Positions 1-13,583 of a DNA stretch of 64,000 nucleotides are shown here, piece after piece. Under the pieces are notes generated by a model. The model made no database searches, had not been told where the DNA came from, and was given only the letters and a program-made list of their open reading frames with translations. Position 1 is the first letter of the stretch. Every line of letters begins with the position of its first letter. Both the position numbers and the translations under genes were made by a program. Origin of the DNA: Octopus vulgaris. Its lineage: Eukaryota. The stretch lies in NCBI GenBank assembly GCA_951406725.2, contig OX597818.1, forward strand, positions 119,288,001-119,352,000. Reading direction: 5' to 3'.

Positions 1-580
1 ACAGTTTATGAATAATTATGGTCTTGATATGTACACACAACACACGCATACACACACACCATCACACCCTTACAAACACAGTTACATTTAGACGGAGACA
101 AGAGGCAGATAAAGATAACGCATGATATTATCAATGAACAGTAACCTGTGACCCATAAAAATCACGCGTGTAGTAACCTTTTGTTTTGTCTTGTTCAATC
201 TATATAATGAACACGCCGAATCAGAAAAGCCTCAAAGATTTAAATATACTCATGAAGTACATATCGTTGCATAATATCCTATATCTGTACCAGCAATTTT
301 TCACCTCTCTCCAGAAATTAGCTAAATTTATGCTCCCAGACTCACGATTAAAGCTTTATACTCAAAGGTCCAGTAGATATGATCTTCCTTCAGAGACCCC
401 AGTAGAATTCTCAAGAACTGTGATTGTCTTTATATGTCAATGCTTTTACCGCTGTGCTCAAATTAATCCACTTACTGCCTTCCTTAGATTGCAGACTTTG
501 TGCCAAAATTTGAAACCATTATTATAGAGAAATATCATTTAACTATATTCCATTTTATTTTAAAGTGATAGATTATTTAT

Positions 581-772
581 TATCTCTTTATAGCCCACAA
601 GGGGCTAAACATAGAGGGGACAAACAAGTACGGACAAACGGATTAAGTCGATTACATCAATCCCAGTACGACACTGGTACTTATTTAATCGACCCCGAAA
701 GGAGGAAAGGCAAAGTCGACCTCGGCGGAATTTGAACTCAGAACGCAGCGGCGGGCGAAATACGGCTAAGCA
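581..772 (-). mobile_element. SINE family B (tRNA-derived, CCTTTCGGGGTCGATAAATTAAGTACCAG core), 5'-truncated
   Basis: Matches the fuller copies at 16978-17207 and 43769-44173. Confidence 0.85.
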
Positions 773-1594
773 AATAATCCTCTCTTTCTTAAATAGGTCT
801 TCTTAACTTTTTCCAGCCCGTGGAATTTCCACGTGTCCTAATAGTTTCAAACTAAAGTATTTAGAATTCAAGTCGGGTGTTTATGTATGTGTAGGAGTAA
901 CAGAGGGCATTAAAATAGCTGAAGGTAGCGCCAAGAAAACGAAGGAGAGAAGTGTTTATTCAATATTTGTCAATAAATTATCTTCTTTAAAATAATTGTT
1001 ATTCTTTTCTTAGGCGTTCAGTGTACAATGGTTTGCCGTGATACGTGTGAAGCGACCATCATCGCAGTGTGCTCTGCAGTTGACAATGCGTAATTTCGTT
1101 TATAATTAATCAATTAAGTATAATCTGACAAGATAATCTGTCACTTCAATCGAATTACTATTTAAATCCAATGGAAGTTAAGCAGCTTCTTTTCAAAACC
1201 ACGAGCAATTATCAAAGTTAATCATGGCTCTTCTGGTTAACAGTTTAATATGAATAACAGTCTGTCAGGTTTGCTAATAAAGCTGACATAATGAATAGCT
1301 ACGTGAAGTAAATAATTCAGCAAATATATGTTTACTAAATTTTATAAGGAAGAACTAAAATTCTTGTTTACCTTCATTGATCTAGGATAGTTTTGACTAA
1401 CTGAAGAAGTAGAACCTGTTCGAAACGTAGATGTCTATATAGATCGATTGTTCAGGACGAGGCAAATTGCCTAAAAGTAGATATTCAACGAAAACGAAAT
1501 AGAGGTCCAATTAATATATTGAAATCTGCGGAATTATTTTATATATGAACATTATATCATCGTATATAGATCGACAGGCATAGATATAAAAGTA

Positions 1595-2019
1595 ACTCTT
1601 TACTTGTTTCAGTCATGTGACTGTGGACATGCTGGAACACCGCCTTTAGTCGAGCAAATCGACCCCGGGGCTTATGCATTGTAAGCATAGTACTTATTCT
1701 ATCGACCTTTTTGCCGAACCGCTAAGTTACGGGGACGAAAACAGACCAGCATCGGTTGTCAAGCGATGTTAGGGAACAAAACACACACACAAACATACAC
1801 ATACAAGCATACATACACACACACACACACATATATATACATATATATAATATATACGACGGGCTTCTTTCACTTTCCGTCTACCAAATCCACTCACAAG
1901 GCTTTGGTCGGCCCGAGGCTATTGTAGAAGACACTTGCCCAAGGTGCCACGCAGTGGAACTGAACGTGGAATCAGGTGGTCCGTAAGCAAGCTACTTACC
2001 ACGCAGCCACTCCTGCGCC
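1595..2019 (-). mobile_element. SINE family A, full length (tRNA-like head, internal TA/CA tract, AAAAGAGT-type tail)
   Basis: Reverse complement of head GGCGCAGGAGTGGCTG.GTGGTAAG and tail TGACTGAAACAAGTAAAGAGT; about 20 related copies in the window. Confidence 0.9.
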
Positions 2020-2336
2020 TACACACACAACCACTCCTACGCCTATATTCCTAAATATTAAGAAGTAATGTTCATCTCAATATTGGTGTTCCATGGTACT
2101 ACCTTTTTAGCCATAGGCAGATCCTGCGCCAGCTGGTTACTGGTGCAACCTGTACGCAGTATATATTGCAAGCAGGAGAACGAAAAGCTACCATGCTCTA
2201 ACAGACGACGGAATCACGAGACCCATCAGTTTCGAACAACGTGTGCCCGACCGCTAAAAATAGCAGAAATTTGCTCCAGCTCGCAAATTTCTAGTATATA
2301 GAAAATTAAGCTACCACCAGTTATTGATCTTGCAAC

Positions 2337-2672
2337 AAGCAGGGTAGCTAGTTACAAAATCTCAGTAAGAAAAGAAATAATAACTATACAAAGAAGTAAT
2401 ATTTATCGCCATATCAATATGGCTGTTCGACATTTACGAGCGTTTTAACCCCAAGCAGATCGTCCGCCTGCTGGCTACCGGTGCAACCAGCCCCCTATGT
2501 ACATTGGAAGCAGGGTAGTAGGTTACACCTGCAACAAGGTGGAGGAGGATCTGCCAGGGATTAAAAAATTCGTAACGTCGAACAGCCATATTGATGTGTT
2601 GATAAACATTACTTCTTAGTATAGATATTATTTCATCTCTTACTGAGATTTTCTTACGAGCTACTTCGCTTG
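2337..2672. repeat. Imperfect foldback with about 115-bp inverted arms
   Basis: AAAATCTCAGTAAGA...ATCAATATGGCTGTTCGAC (about 2337-2452) versus GTCGAACAGCCATATTGAT...TCTTACTGAGATTTT (about 2557-2672). Confidence 0.75.
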
Positions 2673-2893
2673 TTTCGTTAATATTCTCAAATATATATAA
2701 ATATATATATTATATATATACCTACAGAAAATTTACAGAAAAAAACAAAAGGCGGAGACAGGTGTATGAACAAGTTGATGTATTAGTTTGACGCTCGGGA
2801 AACATGCAAATATATATATATGCACACATACACTCACAAATACGTACACAGACACACACATATTCAAACACACACACATATACATTTATAAGA

Positions 2894-3023
2894 ATATTCA
2901 TATCCTTATTAATACTTCTACGACCTGTACCGATACCTTTGCAGTTTAAACAAACACACTGTCAATATTCATATCTTATTAATACTTCTACGACCTGTAC
3001 CGATACCTTTGCAGTTTAAACAA
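2894..3023. repeat. Local direct duplication of about 60 bp
   Basis: CTTATTAATACTTCTACGACCTGTACCGATACCTTTGCAGTTTAAACAAA occurs twice about 70 bp apart. Confidence 0.9.
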
Positions 3024-3826
3024 AGGCGGAGACACTGTCAACAATTATTATTGGTTCTGATGTGACTAAACTACAGCAGGCAAATAACCTTACAGACCCA
3101 TTTCTAATTGCAATACTCGTAAGCAATAACGTATTAACGCTTATTGCTTCGCTAAAAATATAGCGAGCAAAAGTACCGTTCCGTCGCTTACCATAAATAA
3201 AGTTTATGTTTATTTCAGAACTAATTCGTTCGAAACAAGGTTTTATTCTCATTCACATCTTTAATGAATCCTTCTACATAATTTCTGCCATTTTATTGGA
3301 TTCACTTTCGAAATTAATAGAAGAGGAACGAACCTGCTACGTTATTAAATATTGTATAGCAGGGAAACCTCGCTCTATATTCATAACAGGAAAGATAACA
3401 ACGGCTGAAAAAAAATTAGAAATTTTATTTTCTAAGGATTCATGATTAAATAACACCCACAAATTTACATGCTACGTTTAAAAAAGTGCTCGTAAAAAAT
3501 GTTCCATAAATCCATTAATTTATATCAACACCTATTCCTAAAGATTAAAATTTTGTCGTGTTTTTACTAGTTACGACAACGCGGATTTTCGAATTAATAT
3601 CCGCTAAATTATTTTATGTATTCTACTCTGACTTTCAGAATTTCAGTTTGCTGATATTTACTTCTTTACTTGATACTTCAAATTCCATTCCTACACAATC
3701 TTTAGCACAACAATGCAACTATGATTGCCCATCATATTCTACATACATGCAGTTATTTGATTCGAGCGTTCTTTCACATGTTATTCTTTTCAGCTGACAT
3801 ACATGCATATACATATACATACATAT

Positions 3827-3876
<50 letters not shown>

Positions 3877-5881
3877 GCGTATATATATGTATATATATAT
3901 ATATATATGTATGTATATATATATATATATATATGTGTGTGTATATATATGTGTGTGTGTGTATTTATATATAGACACACACACACATACACACATATAT
4001 TTATATATATCTGTTATTCTTTTATTATTTTACTTGTTTCACTCATTTGACTGTAGCCAAATCAAAGACAGTCTACCTCAAAGAATGGCTCTGCACATAT
4101 CCCAGATCAAAATTCTGAAATACAGAAAAATAGCATTTACCGAACACATCGAATTTTAGGCCAATAACAAACAATCTAGCTTCAGAATTTTTCCCCTCTA
4201 TCAGTTCAGGGATGATGCAACGGGTAGTCAGCACATTAGTAAAGAGTCATTTTTTATCAGAAAATATAAACCCCTTTTGAATGCATCCACCACAAATGAC
4301 ACTATTACAAGGGCCTTAGAATAATACCCACGCAAATATTCTAAACGCTATATTCAGAACGGCCATTTCACATGAATTCAAAACAATTCCAACCACTACT
4401 ATTACCACTACAACAGGTCACTTTTAGGTCACTTGAACATTTAAGAGGATTCCACAAGCATCCTGCTACTGTCATACAACTCTCGCATTTTCTTCTTCTT
4501 CTTTTTCCTTTTCTTCTTCTACTCTTCCTTTTTCTTCTTCTTCTTCGCCGCCGTCTCATTACAAGGAGTTAGTCTTTCCAGACATTTTAAGTAAGGCCGG
4601 GAGCAGGGACACGGTGATTCTTGAGAGGAAAAAAATTAGTCGAGGTCATTTTGCTGACAGTGGGAGAATAAGAACCCGATGAAGGAAAATCTCCCTTAAA
4701 AAACCTGATTGTATCTTGAGTTACTGAGGTTTTATACTGGAATAATACTCTATTTTAAACAAATTATTTTGCCAACGGAACGATCTTGTCAGTCTCGGCA
4801 GTTTTAAGGACAATGCTAAATAATATTATATCTCTGATGGATTGTTCCGTAGCTGCTATGATACGAATCCAAGTAGAATTTTTTCGGGTTTTTCTTCTTT
4901 TGTTTTGTTGTGTCTGGGGGGAGTAATTTTCTTTTTGTGGCTTATAATATAACACACTCATCGGTAAAATTTCCACTTATTTCTTATTTTCATTTTCCTA
5001 AAATTTTTGTTGCCTCTTCCCCAGACACAACAGAATATACATCAACACACAAACTCATATAAAGAATCTTGCAAACCAAATCCAAAAACGAAATATTCTT
5101 TTGTTTTGTTTTCACTACAAATTGTCCAACCTACCGACAGTTTAACGTAGCCCGATTAAGTAATTGAATGCAAAATGCAAAATAGATTAATGACTTTTAA
5201 GAATTTCATCACAGAATTAATGATAGTGCCTCACAAGGCACTAAATAATAATCGTGATATCATGAACTCTTTACTTTTTCTCTTACAACACTTGAGGATT
5301 TTATACAATATGGCGGTGTCAAACTCTATATTAACTGTTTTATTTCTGTTTATTCTGTTCGTCTGTTGACAAATGGGTTTACAAGGTCGGCTACAAAACA
5401 GTTTGTTTTTCTTGTCAGTGACCACATTAATCCTGCTCGTGTGACTATTTCGTCTTTCGGATTGAAGTCCCACGACAAATTCCCTTGTCGCTTCCACGGT
5501 ATTGCATTTCGTCGCAGAGTGGCGATGATGTATTTCATTGCATGCAAAACGAATGTTTTTCTCCGACAACCTGCATGCATACGGTTCGTCCTCTAGCACT
5601 ATATGCTGAGGACATTTTCTTTATTCATCACCAATGAACGAACATGATACCGTTAGATATCTGTTAATTTCTGTCTATATTTGTTTTTCTCTATAATATT
5701 TCTTATAATTTATTTAAGTATTTATTTTCATTTTGGCACATACTGAGATATCGTCAAATTTGAAATATAGTGTATGTATGAATGTATGCATGTATGCATG
5801 TATGCATGCCTATATGTATATATAGAGATGGAGAGAGAGAGAGATAGACAGACATGCAGACAGAAAAACAGACAGACAAAC

Positions 5882-6346
<465 letters not shown>

Positions 6347-6348
<2 letters not shown>

Positions 6349-7470
6349 CCTTATTTACTCGAGTACCATGCAATGTCGAATTTAATATGACTGCCATCCA
6401 CTTTTTTCCTGCAAAGTTTCAGTAATACGTTTTATCCACTTTTAAACTTACTGATATATTGAAAGAAAGAAATTCAATATGGAAGTAAATTTTAAAGCAT
6501 AAGAACCGCACAAAACGTCTAAAACACAAATATTAGATGAACAAATATCTTTTTTACAGGAAAAATTTTGCATAAAACCGGTTTACCTCGTGGAAACCAC
6601 TTTAAGTATATGAATCGCCAGCAATTTTGTTTATCAAATGTTTTTATAGCTCGGTAACTTAATATGCTGCTGTTGCAATATGTCATCTCTTCTACGTACT
6701 AAAACAACTCTTTCCCCAATTCTGGATAGTGAAACAGGTTTTTACCCTTATAGAATTTTTAATACTTGGTACTTTTTGGAGATGAACTTTCTCCATGGCC
6801 CAACTGTTTTTTTAAAGCAGAATTTCTCCAGTATGTATAATATGAATGGCGCGTGTATGTGGTTTTCGAAAACTCGTGGTATCAATAACCAAAGTTTACG
6901 ATATCTGCAACCCTAATTTTTAATAAAATGATAGACAAAAAAACAAGTCTTGTAGGAAGTTATCATATTTTGGAGAAAATGGTGAATAAAAATTATCGTA
7001 GAAGATCAATTTTATTAAATTTTGATAACTTTTTCTATATTTCCAAGAATAGTAATTTTTCCGTGGCCCACTTCGAAATATTTTGCACTAAACATTATCA
7101 AATTTCCCAGGGGTTGCAGTGCTGTTTTTCTACTCAGTACTTTAAGATTTATATATCATATTATGCAATATGTTTGCTTTTAACGTCCACAACTTTGTTG
7201 GCTGCACAATGAAATTATTTTTTTCCGCAACTGCAACGGAAGTTTCGTATGTTAAACAATAATCTTCCAATTTCAAAAAAAGAACTTGAAAAAATAGAAG
7301 AAGTAATCACCCATCGCGGGTACAAACTTCACAATTTTCATTGGAGGATCGCTACCCAGGCAATGCGAGGTACCGTCACATTTAGATACCTCATGGTTAT
7401 CAATCAACTGCCTGCGCAATTTTTGCTATCACCGTCTTGATTTTGCCTTCATTTCATTTACACTTTCAGT
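6347..7470 (-). mobile_element. Possible highly decayed pogo/Tigger-type DNA transposon remnant
   Basis: End TACCTTATTTACTCGAGTA resembles pogo-type TIRs; broken minus-strand frames (VAEKNN..CAA, FRSGPRK, YPELGKEL) resemble pogo N-terminal DNA-binding domains; second TIR not found. Confidence 0.3.
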
Positions 7471-7554
7471 ACAATGCTACCAACACAGTCATGACACTGA
7501 TCTATGCTTAAGTTAACTTTTCACATAGTGCACGATAAATAAAATATATACATA

Positions 7555-8824
7555 CGAGGGGCGTTCAATAAGTAATGCCCCTGACCCACTTCTCATAGCA
7601 GTAGAGCAACGAAACTTGGCACAGTTATTAGTCTTTTTCTACATATGAACCACCCAGAGTTACGCATTTCTCCCACTGTTTGATGCAGCTCTGGAGACCG
7701 TTTTTGTAGAAGACCCCAGCTTGGTGCTCCACCCACGACGTGACTTCAGAAATCAAGGCTGAATCATCTGGGAAACGCTTTCCTTTCAAAAACAACTTCA
7801 TGGCTGAGAAGAGGTGAAAATCAGAGGGTGCAAGGGAGGAGTTCAAAACTGCACGCCTGTGCTTCTGATCTGGCGACACGCGAATTGTGGACCGGAGCGT
7901 TGTCCTGCATGAGGAGGATGACTTTGCTGATCTTGCCCCGCCTCTTGATTTTGATAGCTTCTCTTAATTTCCTCAAAAGTGAAGCATAATAGGCTCCTGT
8001 AATTGTGGTACTCTTTGCCAGGAAATCTGTCATCACTACTCCGTCCTGGTCCTAGAAGACTGTGAGCATGACCTTGCCAGCGAAGGGCTGCACCCTTGCC
8101 TTCTTTAGAGGAGGTGAGTAACGGTGCTTCCACTGCATTGACTGGGCTTTGGTCTCTGGATCATCGTGATGGACCCAGGTTTCATCCTGTGTAATCAGTC
8201 TTTTGAAAAATGTTGACTCATCTTCTTGGCACATCTCCAAATTCATCCTCGAGCACTCGATGCGTTCTTGCTTCTGGAAAGGTGTGAGCAACCTGGGAAT
8301 CCAACTGGCAGACACGTTTTGCATATGCAAATGGTCATGAATGATAGTTTTCACAGACCCGGTACTAATCTTGACCTCATGGGCTATTTGGCGAATAGTT
8401 ATGCGTCGATCTTCCAAAATGGCAGCCTCAACTTGACGGACAGATGCCTCATCAATGGCAGAAGGAGGGCGACCAGATCTGGAAGCTGTTTTCACAGAGT
8501 TCCGACCATGTTTGAATTCATGATGCTATCCTTTTACAAGGTCATGTGATGGGGCATCATCACCACAAGTTACTTTCATTTCATCAAAAGTCTCCCGTGG
8601 TGTGCGTACTTTCAAATACAAAAACCGGATCACTGCTCGACACTCAACAGGCTCCATTTCACACTTGACTCAGTTCAAACACCTGTAAATCAGAAACCAC
8701 AATTAGTTCAGAGCTGTAATTTGCCACTTAATCTATAGAGATACAAATAATTGCACATGCAAAATTTCAGCTAGTTCAATCAACTGCAAGTGGGTCAGGG
8801 GCATTACTTATTGAACATCCCTCG
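7555..8824 (-). mobile_element. Full-length mariner (DD34D) DNA transposon, 1270 bp
   Basis: 37-bp TIRs CGAGGGGCGTTCAATAAGTAATGCCCCTGACCCACTT (7555-7591 and 8788-8824, 2 mismatches), flanked by TA on both sides. Confidence 0.97.
7628..8657 (-). pseudogene. Mariner transposase pseudogene
   Basis: Starts MEPVECRAVIRFLYLK; motifs WIPRLL, TQDETW, QDNAPVH, LAPSDFHLF; in-frame TAG at 8526-8528 and 8052-8054; frameshifting deletion near 7835 removes the YSPD motif. Confidence 0.95.
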
Positions 8825-8887
8825 TATATACGAATGCAAAAAAGTCTACGTTTGTATGGGAGAAAAAGGGAGAGAAATAGACGGATA

Positions 8888-8952
<65 letters not shown>

Positions 8953-8959
8953 GTATATA

Positions 8960-9150
8960 GGGAGAATTCACAAAAAACTAGAGACGAAGGCAGCTGGTGT
9001 AGACAACAAACAGATGTTTTAGTATAACGCTCGGGAAGTAGAAAAGCCTTTAACGTTTCGAGCCTATGCTCTTCCACAGAAAGGAACACAGAAAGAAACA
9101 AGGAGAGAAAATAAAGAATGTGTAGTGGCTAGCGATCTATCATGGCGAAT
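8960..9150 (-). mobile_element. Hammerhead-bearing short element between (TA)n tracts (Penelope pLTR/retrozyme-like)
   Basis: Flanked by TA tracts; related end fragments at about 2726-2802, 16308-16377 and 27830-27901; similar to 20205-20400 and 26774-26890. Confidence 0.65.
9047..9084 (-). ncRNA. Minimal type I hammerhead-like motif with variant core CUGUGGA
   Basis: CCTTT-CTGTGGA-A-GAGC atag GCTC-GAAAC-GTT-AAAGG: 5-bp stem I, 4-bp stem II, palindromic ACGT stem III. Confidence 0.65.
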
Positions 9151-9184
9151 AATAGATACACACACACACATATATACATAAATA

Positions 9185-9233
<49 letters not shown>

Positions 9234-9326
9234 TTAGAGACAAAACCAATATTATGCAAATCAAACAAAGAAAGACTTAATCCAATACATAAAAAAATTT
9301 ATATAAATTAAATAAAATTAAGTTAT

Positions 9327-9372
9327 CCACTACAATTGTTTCTTGTCACTTCTAAGGACATTCATCAGGTGG
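9327..9372 (-). ncRNA. Minimal type I hammerhead ribozyme
   Basis: CCAC-CTGATGA-a-TGTC cttagaagt GACA-a-GAAAC-AATT-GTA-GTGG: intact core, palindromic stem III ACAATTGT, GUA site. Confidence 0.8.
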
Positions 9373-9398
9373 TTTTCATACCTTCTATTCAATTTTAA

Positions 9399-12300
9399 AT
9401 TTATTATTATTTAATATATTGATAATTTTGTATATTGAGTGTAATACCTCAATTTCGTAAATTATTTGGATTTATTCCCTAATATTTATTACTATTTAAT
9501 ATATTGATAATTTTGTATATTGAGTGTAATACCTCAATTTCGTAAATTAATTGGATTTATTCCCTAATATTTATTATTATTTAATATATTGATAATTTTG
9601 TATATTGAGTGTAATACCTCAATTTCGTAAATTATTTGGTTTTATTCCCTAATATTTATTATTATTTAATACATTGATAATTTTGTATATTGAGTGTAAT
9701 ACCTCAATTTCGTAAATTATTTGGATTTATTCCCTAAAATTTATCATTATTTAATATATTGATAATTTTGTATATTGACTGTAATACCTCAATTTCGTAA
9801 ATTATTTGGATTTATTCCCTAAAATTTATTATTATTTAATATATTGATAATTTTGTATATTGAGTGTAATACCTCAATTGCGTAAATTATTTGGATTTAT
9901 TCCCTAATATTTATTATTATTTAATATATTGATAATTTTGTATATTGAGTGTAATACCTCAATTTCGTAAATTATTTGGATTTATTTCCTAATATTTATT
10001 ATTATTTAATATATTGATAATTTTGTATATTGAGTGTAATACCTCAATTTCGTAAGTTATTTGGATTCATTCTCTAATATTTATTATTATTTAAAATATT
10101 GATAATTTTGTATATTGACTGTAATACCTCAATTTCGTAAATTATTTGGATTTATTCCCTAATATTTATTATTATTTAATATATTGATAATTTTGTATAT
10201 TGAGTGTAATACCTCAATTTCGTAAATTATTTGGATTTATTCCCTAATATTTATTATTATTTAATATATTGATAATTTTGTATATTGAGTGTAATACCTC
10301 AATTTCGTAAATTATTTGGATTTATTCCCTAATATTTATTATTATTTAATATATTGATAATTTTGTATATTGAGTGTAATACCTCAATTTCGTAAATTAT
10401 TTGGATTTATTCCCTAATATTTATTACTATTTAATATATTGATAATTTTGTATATTGAGTGTAATACCTCAATTTCGTAAATTATTTGGATTTATTTCCT
10501 AATATTTATTATTATTTAATATATTGATAATTTTGTATATTGAGTGTAATACCTCAATTTCGTAAATTATTTGGATTTATTCCCTAATATTTATTATTAT
10601 TTGATATATTGATAATTTTGTATATTGAGTGTAATACCTCAATTTCGTAAATTATTTGGATTTATTCCCTAATATTTATTATTATTTAATATATTGATAA
10701 TTTTGTATATTGAGTGTAATACCTCAATTTCGTAAATTATTTGGATTTATTCCCTAATATTTATTATTATTTAATATATTGATAATTTTGTATATTGAGT
10801 GTAATACCTCAATTTCGTAAATTATTTGGATTTATTTCCTAATATTTATTATTATTTAATATATTGATAATTTTGTATATTGAGTGTAATACCTCAATTT
10901 CGTAAATTATTTGGATTTATTCCCTAATATTTATTACTATTTAATATATTGATAATTTTGTATATTGAGTGTAATACCTCAATTTCGTAAATTATTTGGA
11001 TTTATTTCCTAATATTTATTATTATTTAATATATTGATAATTTTGTATATTGAGTGTAATACCTCAATTTCGTAAATTATTTGGATTTATTCCCTAATAT
11101 TTATTACTATTTAATATATTGATAATTTTGTATATTGACTGTAATACCTCAATTTCGTAAATTATTTGGATTTATTCCCTAATATTTACTATTATTTAAT
11201 ATATTGATAATTTTGTATATTGAGTGTAATACCTCAATTTCGTAAATTATTTGGATTTATTCCCTAATATTTATTATTATTTAAAATATTGATAATTTTG
11301 TATATTGTGTGTAATACCTCAATTTCGTAAATTATTTGGATTTATTCCCTAATATTTATTATTATTTAATATATTGATCATTTTGTATATTGAGTGTAAT
11401 ACCTCAATTTCGTAAATTATTTGGATTTATTCCCTAATATTTATTATTATTTAATATATTGATAATTTTGTATATTGAGTGTAATACCTCAATTTCGTAA
11501 ATTATTTGGATTTATTCCCTAATATTTATTATTATTTAAAATATTGATAATTTTGTATATTGTGTGTAATACCTCAATTTCGTAAATTATTTGGATTTAT
11601 TCCCTAATATTTATTATTATTTAAAATATTGATAATTTTGTATATTGTGTGTAATACCTCAATTTCGTAAATTATTTGGATTTATTCCCTAATATTTATT
11701 ATTATTTAATATATTGATAATTTTGTATATTGAGTGTAATACCTCAATTTCGTAAATTATTTGGATTTATTCCCTAATATTTATTACTATTTAATATATT
11801 GATAATTTTGTATATTGAGTGTAATACCTCAATTTCGTAAATTATTTGGATTTATTTCCTAATATTTATTATTATTTAATATATTGATAATTTTGTATAT
11901 TGAGTGTAATACCTCAATTTCGTAAATTATTTGGATTTATTCCCTAATATTTATTACTATTTAATATATTGATAATTTTGTATATTGAGTGTAATACCTC
12001 AATTTCGTAAATTATTTGGATTTATTCCCTAATATTTACTATTATTTAATATATTGATAATTTTGTATATTGAGTGTAATACCTCAATTTCGTAAATTAT
12101 TTGGATTTATTCCCTAATATTTATTATTATTTAAAATATTGATAATTTTGTATATTGTGTGTAATACCTCAATTTCGTAAATTATTTGGATTTATTCCCT
12201 AATATTTATTATTATTTAATATATTGATCATTTTGTATATTGAGTGTAATACCTCAATTTCGTAAATTATTTGGATTTATTCCCTAATATTTATTATTAT

Positions 12301-12977
12301 TTAATATATTGATAATTTTGTATATTGAGTGTAATACCTCAATTTCGTAAATTATTTGGATTTATTCCCTAATATTTATTATTATTTAAAATATTGATAA
12401 TTTTGTATATTGTGTGTAATACCTCAATTTCGTAAATTATTTGGATTTATTCCCTAATATTTATTATTATTTAAAATATTGATAATTTTGTATATTGTGT
12501 GTAATACCTCAATTTCGTAAATTATTTGGATTTATTCCCTAATATTTATTATTATTTAATATATTGATAATTTTGTATATTGAGTGTAATACCTCAATTT
12601 CGTAAATTATTTGGATTTATTCCCTAATATTTATTACTATTTAATATATTGATAATTTTGTATATTGAGTGTAATACCTCAATTTCGTAAATTATTTGGA
12701 TTTATTCCCTAATATTTATTATTATTTAATATATTGATAATTTTGTATATTGAGTGTAATACCTCAATTTCGTAAATTATTTGGATTTATTCTCTAATAT
12801 TTATTATTATTTAATATATTGATAATGTTGTATATTGATTGTAATACCTCAATTTCGTAAATTATTTGGATTTATTCCCTAATATTTATTATTATTTAAT
12901 ATATTGATAATTTTGTATATTGAGTGTAATACCTCAATTTCGTAAATTATTTGGATTTATTCCCTAATATTTATTAT

Positions 12978-12981
<4 letters not shown>
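9399..12981. repeat. 85-bp AT-rich tandem satellite, about 42 copies
   Basis: GATAATTTTG-type motif recurs at 9421+85k up to 12906 with no indels and only scattered substitutions. Confidence 0.98.
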
Positions 12982-13011
<30 letters not shown>

Positions 13012-13049
13012 GAGTGAGTGTGTGTGTATGTGTGTGGTGAGTGTATGTT

Positions 13050-13343
13050 CTTTTATTCTTTTACTTGTTTCAGTGATTTGATTGCGGCAATGCTGGAGCA
13101 CCGGCTTTAGTGCATTAAATTGACCCTAGCACTTATTCATCGTAAATCTAGGATTTATTCTATCGGTCTGGGGAACTTCTGCTGACACTTTCGCCACAAC
13201 TTTCTCTCACTCTTTGCTCCTGAATCTTGCAGCTCACCTGCGACGGACCGGCGTCCAGTTCAGTTGGGGAACCTATACGCAAAGGTAACCGGGAAACCGT
13301 CCCTTATGAGTCAGGAATGGCTCGAGAGGGAACAAACAACAAT
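13050..13343. mobile_element. SINE A tail (minus) fused to a SINE C core plus tail (plus)
   Basis: 13050-13148 is an A tail; from about 13175 CTTTCGCCACAACTTTCTCTCACTCTTT core, ending AACAAACAACAA. Confidence 0.7.
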
Positions 13344-13535
13344 ATATTATATATGCAGTGTTAAATGTTTACAATCGACAATTTAAATCTCATGTTGCGG
13401 GAAAGGTACCGGACTAGGTTAAGGGGGAAGCCTTCGACACATTTCATTTCTGTTACTCGCATTGTCATTCTTTCACATCATTTTGCCTCCAAATTTTTAA
13501 TTTTGTCTGAATCTCATAATTTGTCATTCTTCATA

Positions 13536-13583
<48 letters not shown>

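Noticed and set aside
186-527. 113-aa ORF
   Set aside because: TTG start, no recognisable domain or splice context
5231-5599. 122-aa ORF, possible piggyBac cysteine-rich tail
   Set aside because: Cys spacing is not consistent in one frame and no clear TTAA/TIR pair was found
9399-12981. CRISPR-like regular array
   Set aside because: Units are contiguous and near-identical with no unique spacers, no cas genes, and a eukaryotic context
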